DNA of 64,000 nucleotides from Heptranchias perlo (GCF_035084215.1 NC_090357.1:12152001-12216000); one strand, 5' to 3'; positions 1 through 13,275 are shown, counted from the first letter of the stretch. The notes: a model not told the origin generated them from the letters alone. Numbers and translations are program-made.

Positions 1-801
1 TCTGTAGTTATATTAACAATTTATTTTTTGTCTGTCATGAAATTTCCAAAAATGATAAAAACAGTTGCTTCAGTTGTATTACTGACAGTTACCCATTTTG
101 GAGTATACCAACAATGTAGGTATTTTACTGATCCTCTTTTGGAGAGAAATAGCTAGTACTGGGCATTTATTTATTGCTATTTGCTCTCCTTGGGGTGGGG
201 AGGAGGGAAAACCTTAGTGATTAGCATATGAAGGACCAAAGTTAGTGGTTCATAATCGAGCCTTTTGAGATAGTAGCATTTCGGTTGGAACATCCCAATA
301 TAATGTCTTTTTCACATTAACTATAGCATTGGGAACTGAATACATCTGATAGGCCTCTCAACGTTCTGACGTTCAGCAGGAGTGTCTGGTTCTCCCACCT
401 CAGAACTGTAACCTCACAGTAATGGAGGACTTGCACCGATTCTATTGGTAATTCGCAGCTTCGCGGTCCAACATACTTCTCCTGCCTTCTCTTGTTTTTG
501 GTGATGGAATGAAAGTTGTTCATTGCTTAATGATCTTAAGTAAAATGAGTTTGGCAGGCTAAACTTAGTGTCAACCAGTTACAAATCCACAGCATATAAC
601 TTGCCAGTCTCACTTAATGAACCTTCAAGGATGACTGGCATGGGGAATGGAAAAAAATGTATTTGCTGCAGAAGGGAAAGCTTTTTTCAGATTTGGGTTG
701 AGACATATTTGGAACAAAATAGGGGGAGCTGTATTGTACGGCCATCTGTTTACTGCACCTAGCATGACCTTGATCCTGGGTGCTAAAAATGAACAAGTGT
801 T

Positions 802-2257
802 GCATCTACCTGACAATGTGGAAAATTGCCCAGGGGATGTCCTGTCCACAAAAAGCAGGACAAATCCAATCCGGCCAATTATCACCCCATCTGTCTACTC
901 TCAATCATCAGCAAAGTGATGGAAGGTGTCGTCAACAGTGCTATCAAGCGGCACTTACTCACCAATAACCTGCTCACCAATGCTCAGTTTGGGTTCCGGC
1001 AGGACCACTCGGCTCCAGACCTCATTACAGCCTTGGTCCAAACATGGACAAAAGAACTGAATTCCAGAGGTGAGGTGAGAGTGTCTGCCCTTGACATCAA
1101 GGCAGCATTTGACCAAGTGTGGCACCAAGGAGCCGTGGTAAAAATTGAAGTCAATGGGAATTAGGGGGAAAATTCTCCAGTGGCTGGAGTCATACCTAGC
1201 ACAAAGGAAGATGGTCGTGGTTGTTGGAAGCCAATCATCTCAGCTCCAGGACATTGCTGCAGGAGTTCCTCAGGGCAGTGTCCTAGGCCCAACCATCTTC
1301 AGCTGCTTCATCATTGACCTTCCCTCCATCATAAGGTCAGAAATGGGGATGTTTGCTGATGATTGCATAGTGTTCAGTTCCATTCGCAACCCCTCAAATA
1401 ATGAAGCTGTTCGTGCCCGCATGCAGCAACACCTGGACAACATCCAGGCTTGGGCTGATAAGTGGCAAGTAACATTTGCGCCATACAAGTGCTAGGTAAT
1501 GACCATCTCCAACAAGAGAGAATCTGACCACCTCCCCTTGACCTTCAACGGCATTATCATCACCGAATCCCCTACCATCAACATCCTGGGGGTCACCATT
1601 GACCAGAAACTTAACTGGACCAGCCATATAAATACGGTGGCTACAAGAGCAGGTCAGAGGCTGGGTATTCTGCGGCAAGTGACTCACCTCCTGACTCCCC
1701 AAAGCCTTTCCACCATCTACAAGGCACAAGTCAGGAATGTGATGGAATGCTCTCCACTTGCATGGATGAGTCGAGCTCCAGCAACACTCAAGAAGCTCGA
1801 CACCATCCAGGATAAAGCAGCCCGCTTGATTGGCACCTCATCCAGCAACCTAAACGTTCACTCCCTTCACCACCGGCGCATAGTGGCTGCAGTGTGTACC
1901 ATCCACAGGATGCACTGCAGCAACTCGCCAAGGCTTCTTCGACAGCACCTCCCAAACCCACGACCTCTACCACCTAGAAGGACAAGGGCAGCAGGCACAT
2001 GGGAACACCACCATCTGCATGTTCCCCTCCAAGTCACACACCATCCCAACTTGGAAAGATATCACCGTTCCTTCATCGTCGCTGGGTCAAAATCCTGGAA
2101 CTCCCTACCTAACAGCAGTGTGGGAGAACCTTCACCACATGGACTGCAGCGGTTCAAGAAGGCGGCTCACCACCACCTTCTCAAGGGCAATTGGGGATGG
2201 GCAATAAATGCTGGCCTCGCCAGCGATGGCCACATCCCATGAATGAATAAAAAAAAA
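802..2257 (+). mobile_element. 5'-truncated non-LTR retrotransposon, CR1 group (invertebrate/Zenon-like lineage), frameshifted RT ORF2 plus 3' tail
   Basis: ORFs 826-1164, 1145-1495 and 1499-2242 give consecutive RT motifs: NYHPICLLSIISKVME, QFGFR, ALDIKAAFDQVWH, GVPQGSVLGP, MFADD, IYKAQVR. It ends in GGGATGGGCAATAAATGCTGGCC...CATCCCATGAATGAAT-A(n). Confidence 0.92.
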
Positions 2258-2404
2258 TCCCCTTCCAAGCATGGTTGTAAATTCACTCAAAAAGTAAATT
2301 AAAAACCTCAGCAAGATAAGTATAGTACAGGATGGACACAAAGTAAAAGTCCAAGTTTTTCACCCCATCAGTGCTCCTTAATCTTAAGCTGCTCCTCAGA
2401 AGAG

Positions 2405-2739
2405 CACCATGGCAGTTTGAGAATTTGAATTCAGTTTTTAAAAATTGGGAAATAAAAGGCTAGTATCAGTAGAAGTAATCATGAAGCTGTCAGATTGTCA
2501 TAACAACCCAACTGGTTCACTAAATCCTCTTAGGGAAGGAGATCTGCTGTCCTTACCCGGTCTGGCCTATATCTAACTCCAGTCCCACACCAACATGGTT
2601 GACTCATAACTGCCCTCTAAAGTGGCCTAGCAAGCCACTCAGTTGTATTAAACCGCTTACCATCTTCTCATGACAACTAGGGATGGGCAATAAATGCCAG
2701 CCTTGCATGTGACACCCACAACCCAAGAATGAATAAAAA
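2405..2739 (+). mobile_element. 5'-truncated SINE sharing its 3' tail with the adjacent Zenon-like LINE
   Basis: Collinear with the full-length copy at 10129-10526. Its tail GGGATGGGCAATAAATGCCAGCCTTGC...CCCAAGAATGAATAAAAA matches LINE 2194-2257. Confidence 0.85.
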
Positions 2740-4425
2740 TGAGAGTGGGTAAGGCTGGAATAATCCATATGTCCAGTTTGCACATCTGTCAGAATCAGTG
2801 TGCCATTGCAGTAGCTGAAAAACTTACTTTTCGTATTTTGGTAATCCTGACAACTGGTAGTCATCATTCTCCGATTCTTTTAAAAGTTAGGGTGGTAGTA
2901 ACTAGCTGTCCACGATTGGGCCACATGTCTATAAACATTTTCCACTTTCATATAAATTTGTCAACTGAATAACCTCAAAAGGCCAAACTTGTTCGGAGGC
3001 TTTCACAAATCGGAGCATTCTGTCCGATTAGTCCTGAACAAGCTGAAGACTGTACCCTTGGACGCTCTACCTGTACATTTTGTGCCCCTAAACAATAATT
3101 GTGACCTCATTGTTCAAACTTTCACTAATTTTTAAACAGGTGTGTGAATAATTTCAATAAATAATAAATTGATCAAATAAGTTTGGTTAGAACTTATTGT
3201 GCAAGACATTAATTTTCGGTGTACCAAAATACCTAATCACTAAGCCTTTGTGGAAAATACTTTTTCACTTACAAATAGACCACATGCAAAAAAAAATTAA
3301 AATTGGGATCAATAGTTTTCAGTAAGGTCTAGGGTCTGTGTGTATTTCTGTTGGCATTTAAGATTATTTTCAATTGATTTTCATCATTTTCTCTATCGGC
3401 ATCTTTTTCATCTTGCTGTCTGGCTACTTTTCTGCTTTTTTGGTAGCTGTGTCAGCCTTATGGATACAGCAGGCTGGAAAGTGAGGCAGGAAAAGAAAAA
3501 CTATAAGCACCGTACTGCATTTCAGTCTTTGTGTTATAATAATATTTATAGCCATGACCAGATTCCCGGCAGTAACAGTGTATTCCAAGTCACGGAATGT
3601 TTATTATTGTCAGATGATGTGCTTGATGTGGTCTGAAGGTGGCAACACAGAAACTGACTTTGTCTTGTGCTGTTGATCTGCATTTGGCAGCTTCACACAC
3701 CAGATGCACTTGTATCATACCACAGGGATAAGCGGTTTCAAATTGCAGAGAGAGATGATAATGCTGAGTAACCAATATTGTAAATTACAAACATAAATGG
3801 GCTAGAGATCTTTACAAAGCAGACATCTACTTGAACTGATAAAGGGCCACCTTGTAGAAATGACATGTGCCATGTGGGATAGTATCAGTGCAGTCATTTG
3901 AAAACTGAAGTCCCGGCTTCCTCCTGTGTTCAGTGTATCAGACTGTTTTGATAATGTTTACTTCTACTTTACATCTGCAAGTGTTTTTTTTTTAAAAGGA
4001 CACTATTTTGACTGCGGGTAGAGTAAAAAGAGCCAGACAATTGCAGTGATGCTGTCATGAGCTGGTGCCATTTATTAATGTGGTGGTGTGTGTTGACATG
4101 AACTTCGTCGTTGCATTGAGTGTTTGGGAAAACACTTTTTGAAGAACATTGTGCCACTTTTATTGCAAACCTTATATAAAGTATATATTTTTTTAAACTT
4201 AAGAGGCACAAAACATTCAACAGCATAACTGCAAATATCGCAATCTAGTCAGTAAGTCACTGTTATATTTTATTATTTATAGTAAAAAAAATTCAAGTTG
4301 CACCAGTGTATAAGCATTTGGTGGGTATCAAAGCATGTTCAACTAATAAACCATATTTTACAACATACATTGCACTGGGAAAACTGCAGAATTATGCATA
4401 ATTGGAACAAAAGTAACAATGCAAA

Positions 4426-5031
4426 GAGCTGGATTTTCTTCCAGAGCAGAGTTGCCACCGGAGGTGATTTGGGGGCGGAACTTTTGGCCACTGCCCGACT
4501 CCGCTGTGTTTCTAACCTGCCTTATTAAATATGCAAGCAGGCATCCTGGAAGGATCTTTGCCACAGAAAGGGAGCCCGCTGCCTCTGCCTAGAAAAGTTC
4601 AGTAGCACATCAACCGGACAATGGCTGCAGTGCCTCAAGGAGGAGGAGGATGTCTTAAATTGAGCAGAAGCCAAAGATTTTTTTAAAATTTAAAAATGAG
4701 ACTATTACTGAGCCACGGGCCATCCAGCTGTAAGTAAGGGGACCTTGAGGAAGGAAAGTGCCGACAACTAAGCCCTATCCCTCCAACACTGGCAATAGGG
4801 GGCTTTCCGCGGCTGCCTCAGGATGTACTGCCACTCCTCTGATTGCCTCTATGGGGTTGGTGGTAATTGAAGTTGAAACTAACTAGTAAAAATGGAACAG
4901 ATGACTGAGGAGGATTCTCGGTGGTGCTAGCACGGGTGGGAATCCGGTGGCAGGCCTCTGTCCCATTTTGCTCCCCACTTTGCCATTATACTGCCTGATT
5001 TCGGGCAGTATTGTGGAGGAAAATCCAGCCC
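4426..5031. mobile_element. MITE, PIF/Harbinger-like
   Basis: TIRs GAGCTGGATTTTCTTCCA / TGGAGGAAAATCCAGCCC, flanked by AAA on both sides (3-bp TSD). GC-rich interior. Confidence 0.75.
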
Positions 5032-6233
5032 AAAGTATCACAAATATCGAGAACAAAATAACATAGTTTACTCCTCTTAATTCAAAGTTGTTAATGCAAT
5101 TATCCAATAATTAATTTTGTTTAGCACTAAACTCCCACCTTGCTGTGGTACTTATGTTGCTTATTCATGTTTTTGGATGATTTAGTTTTGTTAGTGCAAA
5201 GAATGACCAAATTATCAGGAATAGGCTAGAATTTTTCTCCCACTCTGCAGCCAGCAGAGGGCACAATCATGCTTTGGAGAAACAGCAGATCCCTTTATGT
5301 CTAAGCTACAAAAAATGATCTGTTCGTTTAACACCAAGTTTTTTAAACCACGAAACCAGTGAAACAAGAAAGTTGAATTGAACAGTCCCTCCTATTCGAA
5401 GTTATGTTTAAGGAAATTTTGATACGAGATTAAAATTAAAACAAATAAACTGTAAATTGTGTGGGGTTTTGCCAGTTCCAAAACTGGAAATGATTGTAAT
5501 AGCTTTCTGGGTACAGCTTTGAAGAAAAAGAACAAAATGACGCCATCCTCTTATCTAAACGGATGGATGAAATGTGTAGGTTTTAACACTTTACTGCTTA
5601 CCGTCGGAAATGAACCAATGTAAGCCATAGATGTCGGGGAAACTTTCATCTTGTCCACAATTAGAAAGAGGACAGGGTTTTCCTTTTAGTTGAAGGGGTT
5701 AGAGCTTAGAAATTACACTGTACGATATTACCTTTTGAATGGTTAGTCAACTTCATTGGCTATTTTAGCAGAGGCAATAAATGGTTTAACAACTTAATTA
5801 CAATAGTGTTCAGAGTAATTTTATTCAAATCCATTAAGCATTTGTATTATTGCAAGACAGCTATACATAATGACATTTTAAAACCCGGTATTCATTTTAA
5901 CTTAAATAAAATGACTAGTTTTCAGTGGGGCCCTGTGGTGGGAAAATAGTACCATTTAAACTGTAAAAAGAAATATTATAAATATATCCAGCATTTGGAT
6001 TTCATATATGGTATAAGAGGCTCAAGCTGTGGACAAGTATGTGCCAAAGAACAGTTCACCATTTGTGCAACCTCCACGAGAAACCTCGAGCATCACTTAT
6101 GATAGATTCAAAGGCATCTCCTGCCTCCTTTCAGCTGCCAGGTTTCCCAAGCCTTGGGAAACCCAGCCTGCAGCCATTAAATTCAAATGGCTCCCAAAAT
6201 TTGAGGAATGGAGCCTCATTTAATATTATAATC

Positions 6234-7896
6234 ATAAGTCACCCGGTCCGGATGGGATGCATCCTAGGTTGCTGAGGGAAGTAAGGGTGGAAATTGCGGA
6301 GGTACTGGCCATAATCTTACAAACGTTCTTAGATACAGGGATGCCAGAGGACTAGAGAATTGCAAATGTTACACCCTTATTCAAAAAAGGGTGTAAGGAT
6401 AAACCCAGCAATTATAGGCCAGTCAGTTTAGCCTGGTGGTGGGGAAACTTTTCGAAACGATAATCCGGGACAGAATTAACAGTCACTTGGACGAGGGTAG
6501 ATTGATTAAAGGCAAATCGTGTTTAACTAACATGATAGAGTTTTTTGATGAGGTAACAGAGAGGGTAGATGAGGGCAAAGCAGTTGATGTGGTGTATATG
6601 GACTTTCAAAAGGCGTTTGATAAAGTGCCGCACGGTAGGCCTATCATCAAGATTGCGGCCCATGGAATAAAGGGGGCAGTAGAAACATGGATACAGAATT
6701 GGCTAAGGGACGAGAAACAGAGAGTAGTGGTCAATGGTTGTTTTTCAGACTGGCGGGTGGTGTACAGTGGTGTTCCCCAGGGGTCAGTGCTGGGACCACT
6801 GCTTTTCTTGATATATACTAATGACTTGGACTTGGTATTCGAGGGCACAATTTCACAATTTGCAGATGACACAAAACTTGGAAGGGTAGTAAACAGTGAG
6901 GAGGATAGTGATAGACTTCAAGAGGATATAGACAGGCTGGTGGCATGGGCAGATGAAATTTAACGCAGAAAAATGCGAAGTGATACATTTCAGTAGGAAG
7001 AATGAGGAGAGGCAATGTAAATTAAATGCTACAATTCTAAAGCGGGTGCAGGAACCGAGAGACCTGGGGGTAAATGTGCATAAATCGTTGAAGGTGGCAG
7101 GGCAGGTTGAGAAAGTGGTTAAAAAAGCATCCGGGATCCTGGGCTTTATAAATAGCCATGATGTGGAGATGCCGGTGATGGACTGGGGTGGACAAATGTA
7201 AGGAATCTTACAACACCAGGTTATAGTCCAACAGTTTTATTTGAAAATCACAAGCTTTTGGAGGCTTTCTCCTTTGTATAGAGTACAATAGAGGCATAGT
7301 GTACAATAGTGTGGAAGTCATGATGAACCTTTATAAAACACTGGTTCAGCCAAAACTGGAGTATTGTGTCCAGTTGTGGGCACCGCGCTTCAGGAAAGAT
7401 GTGAAGGCCTCAGAAAGGGTGCAGAAGAGATTTACTAGAATGATTCCAGGGATGAGGGACTTTAGTTACGTGGATAGACTGGAGAAGCTGGGGTTGTTCT
7501 CCTTGGAACGGAGGAGATTTGATTGAGGTATTTAAACTCATGAAGGGTCCAGACAGAGTAGATGGAGAGAAATTGTTCCCATTGGCGGAAGGTCAAGGAC
7601 CAGAGGACATAGATTTAAGGTGATTGGCAAAAGAACCAAAGGTGACACGAGAAAAAACTTTTTTACACACCGAGTGGTTAGGATCCGGAATGCACTGCCT
7701 GAGGAGGTGGTGGAGGCAGATTCAATCATGGCCTTCAAAAGGGAACTGGATAAGTACTTGAAAGGAAAAAATTTGCAGGGCTACGGGGAAAGGGCGGGGG
7801 AGTGGGCCTAGCTGGATTGCTCTTGCATAGAGCCGGCGCGGACTTGATGAGCCGAATGGCCTTCTTCCATGCTGGAACCTTTCTATGATTCTATGA
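6234..7896 (+). mobile_element. CR1 LINE (HER1-type), 5'-truncated and decayed
   Basis: RT motifs GKSCLTN, VYMDFQKAFDKVPH, GVPQGSVLGP, FADDTK, LYKTLVQPKLEYCVQLW, FFTHRVVRIRNALP. The 3' end is (TTCTATGA)2. Confidence 0.95.
7156..7277 (-). mobile_element. Short Penelope-derived insertion (subfamily B) nested in CR1
   Basis: CCATGATGTGGAGATGCCGGTGATGGACTGGGGT...CACAAGCTTTTGGAGGCTTTCTCCTTTGT interrupts the CR1 frame. AATAG is duplicated (7151-7155 / 7287-7291), with a short locally templated filler. Confidence 0.85.
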
Positions 7897-10128
7897 CCCG
7901 CCTCTCTGGAGCGGGTTACTCAGACGTCGCCAAACCCACCGCGGTAAAACCGGAAGTAGGCGCGGCGGGTTGGGGTCGGGTTTCACATTTTTAACAATTT
8001 AACATGACCCTCTCCCGCACGCCGTGGGGGAGGGGGGTGAGCGGGTGGTTAAAATTCCCCATAAGTATTATATGGTTATCGTTCTTAGAAAATGGGTGAA
8101 ATGATGCACTCTGTGAGATTTAATTTTAGATTTCTACATATAAATCTCATCGATGATTGGAAAAAAGATACAATTTGACTTTAAAACGTCTGTTGTTGTA
8201 AACTCTCCAGTATTTTTATTCAGTGCTTTTTCAGTGTTATAACTGCCATGTATAATTTCAACGGTGTAAAATTACTGTGTTTCTCAAAATATATGTGCAC
8301 AGTTTCAACAAAACTGAATGTACCATCGCCTTAAACCGCTCTACTAACAAAATTTGCTCCAAGTGGGTACTGAAAACCTATTGTCTAGATCTAAAACTTC
8401 AAATAGTTAGAGCTTAAGACCTTTACACTACTAAATTCTGTCATAAAAAGAGAGCATATTGCACTTACAGTATGTGTACTTGGCAGCTAGTTCTGAAATG
8501 ACCCTGCTCGCTTCAGGCTAGGAGGTGGTACTGTTTTAAAGAAATTATTTTATGGGTAGACATGTGACACTGAATAAACAAATGAAATCGGTCCAACTTC
8601 TATTTTTAGTATTATTGTACAACCAAAAACACAAATGTGGAATTTCAGCAATTTTAATCAAACCTAACTAATTGCAACGTAACTGCTGATTATAATCTGC
8701 AGTCGTGACAAAAGATAAACTATTGATATTAGTATTGATATTAAAGGTAAAATATTCGATATTGTTAGAATCTAGACTCTGTGACTGGCAACACGATCCA
8801 GTATGTGTAATATTAGCTCAAAGTCCACTGAATATACACCAACCTCAAGTTCTAGCTGACATGAAGTCATCAGTTAATACAGCACAGTCATGCTACTTAA
8901 CATCAGGGATATTTTTTCAGCAGATAACTGGACTTGCAGGCCACTGATAGTTTCTTCCCAGGGAGGGTTGACTACAAGAATATTTCTGTCATGAAGTTGT
9001 TTCTATAAATCTCGCCTGTATTTTTAGTCTTGGTGCTGCTCGAGTAATCTGTTGACCGAAAATGGTATTGTTCTGTGAAAGAGGTACTTAATGTCATTTG
9101 TTGCATGGTGGAGGGACCCCAGCCAGCAGGGCAATCAATGTAAGCAACATATAACATCTGATTAGTTTAACATTCTTTCAAAAAAGGGTTCTTGATGGAG
9201 AGCCAAGAATTTTATCCAACTGTGCTTTTTTTTCTCCTCTTTGTAAAGCTGAATTCTTAATGTGGTGTACATTGTTTGTTTTGCTTTTGTTTTGCACGTG
9301 CTTTGACATCTATTTTGTTACACTGTCACAAACTCAACCCAGTCAACTATTTCTACCAGCCAGTGTCATGTTTATAAAACAACATTTAGCCACCGATGGC
9401 CTCTTAAGGAATGGAAAATAATTTCTTTCACTATTATAATTTTTATTTGCCATCCACTCCTGGGCTGCAAGGATGGTAGTAAAAAAAACCTTTAACTCCA
9501 TTCGAATTTCAGGACAGATGAGATTACATTTGTCTCCCATGTACCCATTTGACTGGCACAAAAGAGGCATTTAGATTTGGATGAAATGCTTCCTAAGTAG
9601 TATTATGCTGTGTTTTGGTTTGGGCAAGAGCCGTGTTATTTTTGTAAGGTCACTGAAAGTTCATGGCAATATGATATTCTTAAAATGAAGTTAATGTGAA
9701 ATAGACACCACATTAATTCACCTAAAGTTTAGAGCTGAATCGCATCTCCCACAGAGCAGTGGTAGTGAATTCTGCCAACTGTTTTACAAATAAGAAAGGT
9801 GGAATATCCTAAATGGTTTAACAGAACATGCTCGTAACTCATGGAATTATAAATGTGTGTCAAATGCTTTAAGTCTTTTATCATGTTTTTAAAAAACTTC
9901 AAAAAATTGGTTGCATATAATCTGGACCTAATGAAATAATAATCAAAAATTTTGGGATTGCTTGTATATTACCAAGGTAATAGAATTTAATTTAGTAAAG
10001 CCCAATCGTTTTCCTCTATCTTAGAAACCCATATGGGAATACACCATAAATTAGATGCAAGTTTGTTAATTTGTTTTTAAGTTCATAGGCTTTTTTTTCT
10101 GTTTTTTTCTAAGCTAGTCAGTTTTGCT

Positions 10129-10526
10129 TTATTCATTCTCAGGATGTGGGTGTCGCTGGCAAAGCCGACATTTACTGCCCACGCTTAGTTGCCCTGAGAA
10201 GGTGGTTGTGGGCCTTCTTCTTGAATCCCTGAACGGTTTGATACAATGAATGGCTTCCTAGGTCACTTCAGAGGAATCATGTTTTTGTGGGACTGGAGTC
10301 ATAAATAAGCCAGACCAGGTAAGGGCAGCAGGTTTCTTTCCCTAAAGGACATGTGAACTGACAGCTTCATGGTCATTTTTACTGATACCAGCCTTTTATT
10401 TCCAGATTTTTTAAAACTGAATTCAAATTCTCAAACTGCCATGGTGGGATTTGAACTCGCATTCTCTTGATTACTAGTCCAAGGTCTGGACCACTCGTTC
10501 AGTATCCTAACCACTGTACCACCATA
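10129..10526 (-). mobile_element. Full-length tRNA-derived SINE with Zenon-like LINE 3' tail
   Basis: The minus strand has an A-box-like TGGTACAGTGG and a B-box GTTCAAATCC. The body matches 2405-2739. The tail TTCAAGAAGAAGGCCCACAACCACCTTCTCAGGGCAA...GAATGAATAAA matches the LINE end at 2153-2257. Confidence 0.85.
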
Positions 10527-10629
10527 TTGCAGATCTTCCAACTTATTGACTTTTCTATGGTGTCCTTATCAATTTTTTCATGGCAGCTTAGAATGAATCT
10601 ACATACAATGATAGTATCAGTACCAAGTG

Positions 10630-10692
10630 TAAACAATTTTACAACACCAAGTTATAGTCCAGCAATTTTATTTTAAATTCACAAGCTTTCGG
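10630..10692 (-). mobile_element. Short Penelope-derived insertion (subfamily A), 63 bp
   Basis: TAAACAATTTTACAACACCAAGTTATAGTCCAGC...CACAAGCTTTCGG, flanked by TSD AGTACCAAGTG (10619-10629 / 10693-10703). Confidence 0.85.
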
Positions 10693-12254
10693 AGTACCAA
10701 GTGGTTTTACTTTGCACTGATACTGAAGTTGCAGTGCACCCTTGGAACTAGGGTGTGAGGTACCACAAAATTGCTACTTGACATGGATGCTACCTTTGTA
10801 GTGTAAATGCACCTTTGTAGTGTCCTGATTTAAATTCATCCATCCAATGCCACGTTTTGTGTTAAGAGTTCATTTACGTATGATACCCTGCATTGACTAT
10901 CTCCCTGCAAGCCTAAACATAAGATAGAAAGCAGGAATGGAGTTCATCTGGTGGCCCAGTGCATGAAATAGAATTTCAAACTGTGCTCCCCAACTGTTTT
11001 CACATTGGGATGTCCTGGCTTTTGCTTTTTAAAATCCGGTTTAGCTTGATCAACCTATGATTTCCCAATATCTGCCTTATCTAGCCTAACTTATTCAGTT
11101 AGTAGAGTCGAATCCTCTGGGCCACAGACCTGTTCATGGGAACTGCAAATTGTGCTTTATGACCAGCCAGCACAGGCTATGGGATTGCAGAGTGAGAGAG
11201 ACTGGACCTGCCAGCTTCTCCACTTGTTCAAGACGGTGCACTACCCTCTGTGCAGGGCTCCATATGGTGGTCAAATCTTGCACATTGAACACAGATGAGT
11301 TTGAATATCAGTCATGGCCAAAATTGAAACTTGAAATACTCTCCTTGGCAGGTTCGCTGTCTTGATTTTTACTCATTGTATGTGGAGGATGACTTGGGTC
11401 AAAGAATTTATGATAATGCCCTAAAGGTGGGTAATCCACCCTCAGAATCAATTAGTTATGCATGCAGGAAAAATCTACATCAAATAAGATTTTGAGTAAT
11501 TACATTTTTAAAAAAGCAATATTCCCAAGGGCACGGAACCTGATACGTTAAAGGGGTTTTGACATTTCCAATTGATACATATATCTAAGTCCTCCCACAT
11601 CTTTAAATATTTAAGATACTAGGTGCATCAGTTTGAGATCAACAGTGTTCTAAACCGCCATAAACCCTTTTATTCGTGACAGTTTAATGGTAAAACTCAT
11701 AAAATTATGTTTTAGAATGTCTCATGACTTGATCGCAGCACATATTGTAATACACGGTAATATTAGTATTTGATATGCTGGGAAGTGCAGTTTTTCTTTG
11801 AGACAGATCAGAAAGGAAATCATCACCCTGTTCTACAGTCTGAAGCATGTACTGGCATCAAATCCACTGGGGTGCCATTTCCATTTTTAGTCATGTTGTA
11901 TTTAGACAACAGAATTGAAGTAAGTGATGAAGATAGTTCGCTCTACCTTTTAGAAGAATTGCATATTTAATGTCATTCTAGTGGAAGTTCTGGTTTTGTT
12001 TTTAACGACACTTCATCGATTGATACTAAATGAAATAGAAAGAAATGATTACAGGGATGATCATAACACTATCACATGTTGCTGGATGTCATATCTTAAC
12101 TTAAGTGCTTATGTTTTGTTGGTTCAGTGGGATGGGTAGCCCTCTTTAGAAAAAGTTATAAATATGCAGTAGCTTTTTATCTGTTTTTAGATCCAGTATT
12201 GGAATTTTCATTATTTGCACTCAGTTTATTCATCTTCCTGATTATCCACCAGAA

Positions 12255-12790
12255 TTTTGTGTCGAACACCAGATTGTAGAGTATTGTAAATAGTGATCGG
12301 AATTGTGAAATACTGCAGGATAGACGTGCAGGTTGGGCAGATAGGTGGCAGATGCATGGAAAAATGTAACATCATATATTTTGGAAATATGAATAGGGAA
12401 AGGAAATACATGGTAAGATTTTAAATGGACTGGAGAAGCTGAGGGACCTTGATTATGCAAATGCACAGGTTATTAAAAATGGCATTGCAAATAGATAAGG
12501 CCATAAAAAGGCAAATGTAATCCTTAGTTTTGTATCTAGAGCTGTAGAATAAAACAGCAAGAAAAAAATTTTGAACTTGTTCATCTTGTTCATGACCTTA
12601 GATAGGCTGCAGTGCAGTATTGTATACAGTTTTGGACATGCCATCACAAGAACGATATAAAAGCAATGGAAAAAGCAGTATAGATTCATTAGAATGTTAT
12701 TAAGGATGAGGGATTATAGTTATAAAGAGAGACTTGAGAAGACTTTCACCAGAGCTGAGAAGGTTACAGTATTAGGTCTTCAAAATTATG
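12255..12790 (+). mobile_element. Old, highly decayed CR1 fragment
   Basis: Remnants of WADRWQM, CNIIYFG, YCIQFW and RMRDYSYKERLEK. Confidence 0.7.
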
Positions 12791-13127
12791 AATGGTTATT
12801 GTCATGGTTTGGGATCCTTTCACCTTTTTTTCACAAAGTCTTGGACACAAGCTACATTAAGATGTGTATTTTTAGCAAAAGCTTTCCTAAAAGGGATTAA
12901 CTTCCCAAGACAGCCCCATGCTGAGTTGTGGTTTGGTAGGCAGACAAATGGCAATTACAATGTGAGATGGGAAATTCTCCTCAGACATCCAAGCAATGGA
13001 CAATTCATTAGCCTTGTCTGATTATTCAGAAGGACACTTTGCACTTTGTTGTTGAAAAACTTTTCTTGATCTCTGGGGGTTGCTGTGAGAGAGGCTTTTA
13101 ACATTGAGAACATAGACACCAATAATG

Positions 13128-13275
13128 CATTGTTCTGTGAATTATAAATGCGACTTCATTTCGAGGATTTCATTTCCACATCGTTCACCTGAGGAAGGAG
13201 GTAGCCTCCGAAAGCTTGTGAATTTAAAATAAAATTGCTGGACTATAACTTGGTGTTGTAAAATTGTTTACAATA
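13128..13275 (+). mobile_element. Short Penelope-derived insertion (subfamily A) with complete hammerhead motif
   Basis: TSD ACCAATAATG (13118-13127 / 13276-13285). Contains TTCACCTGAGGAAGGAGGTAGCCTCCGAAAGCTTGTGAA followed by AATAAA. Confidence 0.85.
13184..13222 (+). ncRNA. Minimal type I hammerhead ribozyme motif (Penelope type)
   Basis: Stem I TTCAC/GTGAA, core CTGAGGA plus an extra A, stem II GGAG-GTAGC-CTCC, then GAAA. Palindromic AAGCTT replaces stem III. Predicted cleavage after CUU (13217). Confidence 0.7.

Larger units (their letters stand above)
6080..8060. mobile_element. MITE remnant split by a CR1 insertion (pieces at about 6080-6233 and 7897-8060)
   Basis: GC/CpG-rich segments on either side of the CR1. 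The right end GGTTAAAATTCCCC resembles the other GGG..CCC MITE termini. The left terminus was not located. Confidence 0.5.

Noticed and set aside
317-640. Locally CpG-containing stretch with short ORFs
   Set aside because: No frame gave a recognisable protein or repeat, so there is not enough evidence to call it.
1270-2207. Antisense and alternative-frame ORFs over the LINE, and likewise over other LINE copies
   Set aside because: Shadow ORFs of retrotransposon coding sequence.
10430-10526. tRNA gene
   Set aside because: The A and B boxes belong to a SINE head and no complete cloverleaf is present.
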